A DNA stretch of 46,191 bases. Origin: a virus. A program made the position numbers and the translations under genes. Positions 32,928-38,784 of the stretch are shown one piece after another. Numbering within the stretch: position 1 is the first letter of the stretch; each line of letters begins with the position of its first letter. The stretch lies in IMG/VR virus record IMGVR_UViG_3300029905_000012. One strand, given 5' to 3'. The notes below the pieces were generated by a model. The model did not search any database and had not been told where the DNA came from. It saw nothing but the letters and a program-made list of their open reading frames with translations.

Positions 32928-33320
32928 ATGATCGGCACGCTCGGCTCAAATATCGTATTTCGGGTGAGCGACAGCTATGCGCTCACCTTCAACGGCATGA
33001 CGCGGGATGTGACTAGCCGGTGGGCCGTCCACGAGACCCCTGGCATCAAGCCAAAGCCCGAGTTCCTTGGCCCCGGGCTGCAAACCATCAGCCTGCCCAT
33101 TACACTTTCGGCAAGTCTGGGCGTCCGTCCCCGGTCTGTGCTGGAATCCATCGAACAGATGGTGGAGAACGGTGAGGCAGAATATTTCATCCTGGGCAAC
33201 CGACCTGTGGGCGCCAACCGTTTCCGGATCACTGGGGCGAGCGAGACATGGGACCTGATCTATAACAAGGGCGAGTTGGCCCGCGCAAGCCTGACCATTA
33301 CACTGGAGGAGTACACATGA
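32928..33320 (+). CDS. Tail protein, P2 GpU-like
   Basis: 130 aa. The pattern ..R...RWAVHE..G.KPK.EFLGPGLQTISLPI.L....G..P...L......G.. resembles the GpU family. Confidence 0.6.
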   Translation: MIGTLGSNIVFRVSDSYALTFNGMTRDVTSRWAVHETPGIKPKPEFLGPGLQTISLPITLSASLGVRPRSVLESIEQMVENGEAEYFILGNRPVGANRFRITGASETWDLIYNKGELARASLTITLEEYT

Positions 33321-33610
33321 TCTTTGATTTCCAGCTGGAGTACACCTTCGCGGATGACCGTCTGGCCGATATCGACCGGCAGCTCAAGCTGCTGCTTACT
33401 ACCCCCATCCACACCATGCCGCTTGATCGCGAGTTTGGGCTGGATATGTCCTATGTAGACCTGCCAAGCGAAACGGCAAAAGTCCGGTATGTGGCCGAGC
33501 TGACCGAAAAAATCCCCAAGTTTTTTCCCTTTCTCCGCCTCCAGCAGATCGACTGGACGGTGGACGTTGAGGGGCACGTCAAAGCAAAGGTGGTGGTAAA
33601 GAGTGCTTGA
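33317..33610 (+). CDS. Baseplate wedge protein (gpW/gp25-like)
   Basis: 97 aa, immediately upstream of the J-like gene. Confidence 0.65.
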   Translation: MIFDFQLEYTFADDRLADIDRQLKLLLTTPIHTMPLDREFGLDMSYVDLPSETAKVRYVAELTEKIPKFFPFLRLQQIDWTVDVEGHVKAKVVVKSA

Positions 33611-34760
33611 CTGGGAGAGCGCGCTTGCAAATACCCCCGATATTTCCTTCATCGATGACCGCGGTGTGAATGATATCCGCAGCGAGATGGTCGCTGACTA
33701 TGAGACCTATATTTCCGCGGCCACTGGCGAGACTGTCACTCTTGACAGATCGAGCCCGCACCGGATGGAACTGTACGCTGCGGCCGACCAGATATACCAG
33801 GCGATGCAGTACATCGACCGGGCAGGCAAGCAAAACCTGCTCAAGTACAGCTATGGCGGGTTCCTCGACAACCTCGGCCTGTTCAAAGGAACGACCCGCA
33901 ACCAGGCGACAGCTGCTTCCACCACCATCCGGTTCACTCTGTCGGCAGAACGGCCCTCAGTTGTTTCTATTCCCAAGGGGACGCGGGTGGCGATGGAGGG
34001 CGTGATCTACTTTGCGACCGACGAATATGCCGAAATCCCCATCGGCGGGATGACCGTTGACGTTCCGGCTACCTGCACGGTGGCAGGGGAAGGAGGCAAC
34101 GGCTACGAGATAGGCGATCTGTCCACCATTGTGGACCCGGTGCCGTATGTGGCCAGCGCCAGCAACATCACACCCACCAGCGGCGGCGCAAACATCGAGA
34201 GTGATGAAAGCTACAAAGAGCGCATCTACCTTGCCCCCGGCGCCTATTCCACGGCGGGGCCCGAAGATTCCTACATCTACCATGCCAAGTCCTACAGCCC
34301 TGCGGTGGGCGACGTTGAAGTCACCAGCGACCAGGCTGCCGGAACCGTGGACGTGGTGTTCCTCATGACCGACGGCTCCAAGCCGAATGAAGATGCCATC
34401 GATGGGATGCTCGACTATCTGTCCGCCCGCAACCTGAGACCGATGACAGACCTAGTCCGGGTCGCCGCGCCAGATGAAGTGCCTTATACCATCGCCCTGA
34501 CTTACTACATCAACCGCAGCGACAGCGCCCGCGCTGTATCCATTCAGCAGAGCGTCACGGTAGCTGTCAGCGAATATGTATCCTGGCAGCGCACCATCGG
34601 CCGGGATATCAACCCGGACGAGCTGCGGGCCCGCATCATGGCCGCCGGCGCAAAGCGCATTGTGGTCACCGCGCCCACCTATACGGTGGTGCTCGGCACC
34701 AAAGTGGGCGTTTTGCAGGGTGATCCGTCCGTGAGTTACGGAGGGCTGGAAGATGATTGA
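33603..34760 (+). CDS. Baseplate J-like protein
   Basis: 385 aa. It has a GTG start and the typical size and position of a J-family protein. Confidence 0.8.
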   Translation: MLDWESALANTPDISFIDDRGVNDIRSEMVADYETYISAATGETVTLDRSSPHRMELYAAADQIYQAMQYIDRAGKQNLLKYSYGGFLDNLGLFKGTTRNQATAASTTIRFTLSAERPSVVSIPKGTRVAMEGVIYFATDEYAEIPIGGMTVDVPATCTVAGEGGNGYEIGDLSTIVDPVPYVASASNITPTSGGANIESDESYKERIYLAPGAYSTAGPEDSYIYHAKSYSPAVGDVEVTSDQAAGTVDVVFLMTDGSKPNEDAIDGMLDYLSARNLRPMTDLVRVAAPDEVPYTIALTYYINRSDSARAVSIQQSVTVAVSEYVSWQRTIGRDINPDELRARIMAAGAKRIVVTAPTYTVVLGTKVGVLQGDPSVSYGGLEDD

Positions 34761-35412
34761 ACTAAAAGGCAGTCTCTTTACCCAGATCATGCCGGACAAC
34801 CTGGCCAGCCAGGTTGAAACACAGGCGTTTGCCTATGCGCTGCACATCCAAATCGACAAGCTTCTGGCCTATGCAGATGCCTGCCGCAGCTATGCCGCCA
34901 TTGACACTGCGCCAGAGTTTTTGCTGGATTATCTGGCTGTGGAGCTGCGGACACCGGCCTACCGCGAAACATACCCCATCGAGACCAAACGAGACCTGGT
35001 CAAGGCATCGCTGCTCTTCTATTGCAAGATGGGCACGCCCTGGGCGGTTGAACGGCTTATGAGAGCTATATTCGGTGGCGGCCACATCGCTGAGTGGTAT
35101 GAGTACGACGGCGAGCCGCACCACTTCCGGGCAACCATCGAAACTTCCGCTGGCATCAGTCAGGAGGACGTGCGCGAATTTTGGCTCATCCTTGCCTCAG
35201 TCAAGCGTCTGTCATCCTGGTTGGATGATATCACGACCGTGACTGAGATGACCACCGAACCGCCCATCCACATTGGGACGGCAATGTGCGGCACCGTCAT
35301 GGAAACCACACTCCCGCCGGCCTATGTGGATGTGCAAGCCATCCTCTATGTGGGAGCTGCGCAGTGCGGCACCATTATGCAGACCGTGCTGCCGAACATC
35401 AAGGAGGGATAA
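34753..35412 (+). CDS. Baseplate/tail protein gpI-like (XkdU-like)
   Basis: 219 aa. LPDYLAVEL...Y......KR.L...S...Y..KGT resembles the P2 gpI family. Confidence 0.7.
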   Translation: MIELKGSLFTQIMPDNLASQVETQAFAYALHIQIDKLLAYADACRSYAAIDTAPEFLLDYLAVELRTPAYRETYPIETKRDLVKASLLFYCKMGTPWAVERLMRAIFGGGHIAEWYEYDGEPHHFRATIETSAGISQEDVREFWLILASVKRLSSWLDDITTVTEMTTEPPIHIGTAMCGTVMETTLPPAYVDVQAILYVGAAQCGTIMQTVLPNIKEG

Positions 35413-35413
35413 C

Positions 35414-36415
35414 ATGGCAAATATCTATGGTTTTACAAGCCCGACTGCCGGCCGTGAATTGATTGCGGGTCTGCTTGCAGGAGAGACCCTGACCATCACC
35501 AAGGTGATGGTGGGCACCGGCAAACCCGAAAATCTGGACCAGATGGCGGCGCTGACGGATCTGATCTCGCCGATGGCTTACGCGACGTCCACAACCCCGG
35601 TCCATTCCGGGAGCACTGTGACCATGACCATCGAGTACCGTTCCGACCTCAACGGATCACTGGCGGCAGGTTTTTACCTCAACGAATACGGCGTCTTCGC
35701 CAAAACCGAGACGTCCGAAGAGACCCTGATTTATTACGGCAGTCTGGGCGACTATCCGCAGTGGGTCAACGCCTATAGCCCTGGCCAGCCCCCGGATATC
35801 CGCCGCTTTCCCATTACCATCGTAGTGGCGGACGAGGTCAACGTCAACGTGCAGTACACGGCAGATGCCTTCATCACCGCCGAAGAAGCTGAAGCCCTGC
35901 TGAAAAGCATGATTGATGGTGTGGTCGGCGCCTCCGATGTGGTGGGCATCACCATCCCCGCCTCCGCGTGGGTGCCGGGAGGAACCGGGCTGTATCACTA
36001 CCAGGCGGATGTTGCCTGCGCGTTGGCACTGGCTACACACTTCCCGGTGGCATCTCTGCACGATGATGCCCTGGGCACTGCGGCGGCAGCCGGTGTTGCC
36101 CCTATCATGCAGACATTTGCAGGCAGCGCACGCTTCTATGCGCAGGCCATCCCGGCCGACGATATGAACGCCACACTGGCCCTTATCTCGGGCAGCGAAG
36201 AGCACCCCGGCGACGGCCGCGGCATCGTCAACATGGGCAACACCATGCGAGTCAACGTCCCCGGCGGCGTTGCGGGCCTTGACGAAGACGGCAAAGTCCT
36301 GCCGAGCGTGCTGCCGGATGATATGACCGGCGGCTTCATTCAATACACCGGCCAGTTCCCGGCCAGCCCGAAGCCCAACACGCTCTACGGCGAGACTCTC
36401 GCGGATTATACCTGA
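35414..36415 (+). CDS. Tail fibre protein 1
   Basis: ATG 35414 follows AAGGAGGG. The N-terminus MANIYGFTSPTAGRELIAGLLAGETLTITKVMVG is typical of fibre proteins that attach next to gpI-like proteins. Confidence 0.7.
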   Translation: MANIYGFTSPTAGRELIAGLLAGETLTITKVMVGTGKPENLDQMAALTDLISPMAYATSTTPVHSGSTVTMTIEYRSDLNGSLAAGFYLNEYGVFAKTETSEETLIYYGSLGDYPQWVNAYSPGQPPDIRRFPITIVVADEVNVNVQYTADAFITAEEAEALLKSMIDGVVGASDVVGITIPASAWVPGGTGLYHYQADVACALALATHFPVASLHDDALGTAAAAGVAPIMQTFAGSARFYAQAIPADDMNATLALISGSEEHPGDGRGIVNMGNTMRVNVPGGVAGLDEDGKVLPSVLPDDMTGGFIQYTGQFPASPKPNTLYGETLADYT

Positions 36416-36416
36416 C

Positions 36417-36683
36417 ATGGAAGATCGGATCGAATTCTCCCGCCCTATGAGCGAGGTGAGCTGTATTGTCGGCAATCTTTTTGCGGAGCTCGACCCGCCC
36501 TGCGGTGTGAGCGGCGGCCGGAAAGATGTACTGACCATTTTTGGCAGAACACGAGCCACCGGCGACTGCGCCGTCCTGCGAGTGTACGCAGACCGCTGCG
36601 TATACACCGGGCCGCCCGACGACCTCGAAGCGGCGATGGGCGGATGCTGCCCGGAGAAGGGAGGCTGCCCAAATGGGGAATAA
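36417..36683 (+). CDS. Hypothetical Cys-containing protein (88 aa)
   Basis: It starts 1 nt after the fibre stop and overlaps the avd start by 11 nt. Confidence 0.5.
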   Translation: MEDRIEFSRPMSEVSCIVGNLFAELDPPCGVSGGRKDVLTIFGRTRATGDCAVLRVYADRCVYTGPPDDLEAAMGGCCPEKGGCPNGE

Positions 36684-37212
36684 CGCGAAAGACCTGCTGC
36701 TTGCGGCCAAAGCCAGAGACCTGCTGATCTACACCCGCAAAAAGACAAAACCTGTCAACAGCGACGTGGACGCGCGAGACGTGGCAAAGCTGCTGCGCCG
36801 GATCGCCGAGCTGGACGACCTGGGCAAGGCCCGGGAGGTCTGCACAGCCACCGCAGGCGCGCTCAAAAAGCGCAGCAAAGATGGATTCTCCAAGGTTGCG
36901 TTCCGGGATTTTGGCCAGGATATGCGGGATATCACAAAAGATATCCTGCGCGGCATCTATGCAGCCAACAACATACCGTTTGCGGCTGAGCCTGAGCGGC
37001 GCATCGCCCTGATCGACGAGGTGCTGAATAACGCCGCACTGCTGCTGGAGTACATCTCCATCTGCAAAGAAGCTGAAATCATCAGCGCGCAGACCGCCGG
37101 CATCTGGTCCGGCAAGGCAGTGGACGTCAAGCGCATGGCTGCAAGCTGGCGCATCAACAGCGCCCAAAGGGCACAGGCCCTTAAAACCAAAGGGTGTACG
37201 CGGCAGGGATGA
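36673..37212 (+). CDS. avd: DGR accessory variability determinant (Avd-like four-helix-bundle protein)
   Basis: ATG 36673 follows GAAGGGAGG. AKDLLLAAKARDLLIYT.. and ..ILRGIYAANNIP...ERRIALIDEVLNNAALLLEYISICKEAEIISAQT....GKAVDVKRMAASW fit the Avd/S23-like helix pattern. It is immediately upstream of TR and RT. Confidence 0.7.
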   Translation: MGNNAKDLLLAAKARDLLIYTRKKTKPVNSDVDARDVAKLLRRIAELDDLGKAREVCTATAGALKKRSKDGFSKVAFRDFGQDMRDITKDILRGIYAANNIPFAAEPERRIALIDEVLNNAALLLEYISICKEAEIISAQTAGIWSGKAVDVKRMAASWRINSAQRAQALKTKGCTRQG

Positions 37213-37249
37213 CACCCTGCCGCTTGCGTTAGGGAATGGCCCGTAACGG

Positions 37250-37379
37250 CCCCGCCCGTGCCTGGTCCCGGTCGCCGAACCTCAACAACAACAACGACAA
37301 CAACAACGTCTGTACGGTGGAGGCGGACGGCGATGCGAACAACTGGAACTGCAACAATTCTTATGCGGTCGCGCCCGCT
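37250..37379 (+). repeat. DGR template repeat (TR)
   Basis: The TR is 130 nt and intergenic, with 13 AAC codons plus 1 AAT in register. It matches 39273..39399 except at TR adenines and for one 3-nt length difference. Confidence 0.9.
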
Positions 37380-37587
37380 CCGATGAACGCGAGATCGAGT
37401 AACGCCGCGCCGCGCGGCGCGAAAGCAGAACACATCATCAAAGGGGGCCTATTTCCTGTTGAATGCCTGCCGCTTGTTGCAGGCGGACGACAAACACATC
37501 GCACCGAGGCCGACGCCCACTGTGTGAGCGCAGCGGCTGCCGCGAAAGCGGGCCGGTGCTGGGTCCTTGCATCAACGCGGGACAAAC

Positions 37588-38769
37588 ATGACATACGAAG
37601 AAATTTGCGACTTTGAGACGCTTTACACCGCCTACCTTGCAGCCCGCAAAGGCAAGCGGAAAAAGCGGAGAACGCTTGAGTTCGAGGAGAACCTGCTCGA
37701 AAACCTGAAAGACATTTCGGACGACCTGTCAAACGGCGTTTATCAGCCTGGGGAGTTTGAGCGCTTCAAAATTTTCGAGCCGAAGGAACGGGACATCGAA
37801 GCCCCGGCATTTAAGGATAAGGTTATTCTGCACGCCGTCGCAGACAATGGTCTGTACGATGCCATCACGTCCAGCTTTGTGCGGAATAACTGCGCGAACC
37901 AGCGCGGAAAGGGCACCGCAGACGCCGTAATCAGGCTGAAACAGTGCTTTGTGCGCTACTACGCGCAGTATAAGACTGCCGATGGCTGGATTTTGAAGTG
38001 CGACATCCGGCATTTCTTTGCCAGCATCGACCACGACATTCTGAAAGCAAAACTGCGGAAAGTCGCCAGAAAACACGACATCGACCCGCGCATTTATGAC
38101 CTGCTGTGCGTCTACATCGACAAGGCAGAGGGCCTGCCGCTGGGCTATCAAACCTCGCAGCTGTTTGCCTTGCTGATGCTGGACGCCCTCGATCATTACA
38201 TCGAGGAGGAGCTGGGTTTTCGGTTCCACGTGCGGGGCATGGATGATTTTGTGGTGCTTGCACCGACCAAAGAAGACGCCGTGCGGCTGCTGGATACTAT
38301 CCGAAAAGCTGTCCATGACAGCAAACTCGAACTTAACAAGAAAACGGCCATCTTCCCCATGCGCAACGGCGTGGATTTTCTGGGCTACCGCACCTATCTG
38401 ACCGAGACGGGCGCGGTGGTTCAGAAGCTGCGCAAAAGCTCCATCCAGCGCATCCGAAAGCGCATCAAACGCTGGCGGCACGACTACGCAGAGGGAAAGA
38501 TCACAGCCGAAAAGATCAAAAGCAGCTTTTTGGCGTGGGATGCCCACGCGGCTTTTGGGGACACCTACGCTTTGAGGCAGAAATACGCGAAGGAGGTGGG
38601 CGAAATTATCGGGGAGCCGATAAGAATCCACAAAAAGATCAATTCGACGCGCATCCAAAGGGAGAAGCGCCGGGAAAAGCAGTACCGCTGCATCGAAGCA
38701 AAGCGCAAGCGCCAATTTGCCATGCAGGCAGGGTACAGCAAACCCGGAGTTCCCCCATGGAGCGAATAA
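37588..38769 (+). CDS. DGR-type reverse transcriptase
   Basis: RT motifs seen: FEPKERDIEAPAFKDKVILHAV, NCANQRGKGTADAV, KCDIRHFFASIDHDIL, LPLGYQTSQLFALLML (the DGR-typical (I/L)GxxxSQ motif) and RGMDDFVVLA. The start is ATG 37588, or 37567. Confidence 0.9.
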   Translation: MTYEEICDFETLYTAYLAARKGKRKKRRTLEFEENLLENLKDISDDLSNGVYQPGEFERFKIFEPKERDIEAPAFKDKVILHAVADNGLYDAITSSFVRNNCANQRGKGTADAVIRLKQCFVRYYAQYKTADGWILKCDIRHFFASIDHDILKAKLRKVARKHDIDPRIYDLLCVYIDKAEGLPLGYQTSQLFALLMLDALDHYIEEELGFRFHVRGMDDFVVLAPTKEDAVRLLDTIRKAVHDSKLELNKKTAIFPMRNGVDFLGYRTYLTETGAVVQKLRKSSIQRIRKRIKRWRHDYAEGKITAEKIKSSFLAWDAHAAFGDTYALRQKYAKEVGEIIGEPIRIHKKINSTRIQREKRREKQYRCIEAKRKRQFAMQAGYSKPGVPPWSE

Positions 38770-38784
38770 GAAAGGAAGGTGTAT

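Noticed and set aside
37236-37616. 126-aa + strand ORF with a poly-Asn tract (..SPNLNNNNDNNNVCTVEADGDANNWNCNN..).
   Set aside because: It is the DGR template repeat read in the VR register. The TR is a non-coding RNA template. The ORF has no RBS, and downstream of the repeat it has no protein-like features.
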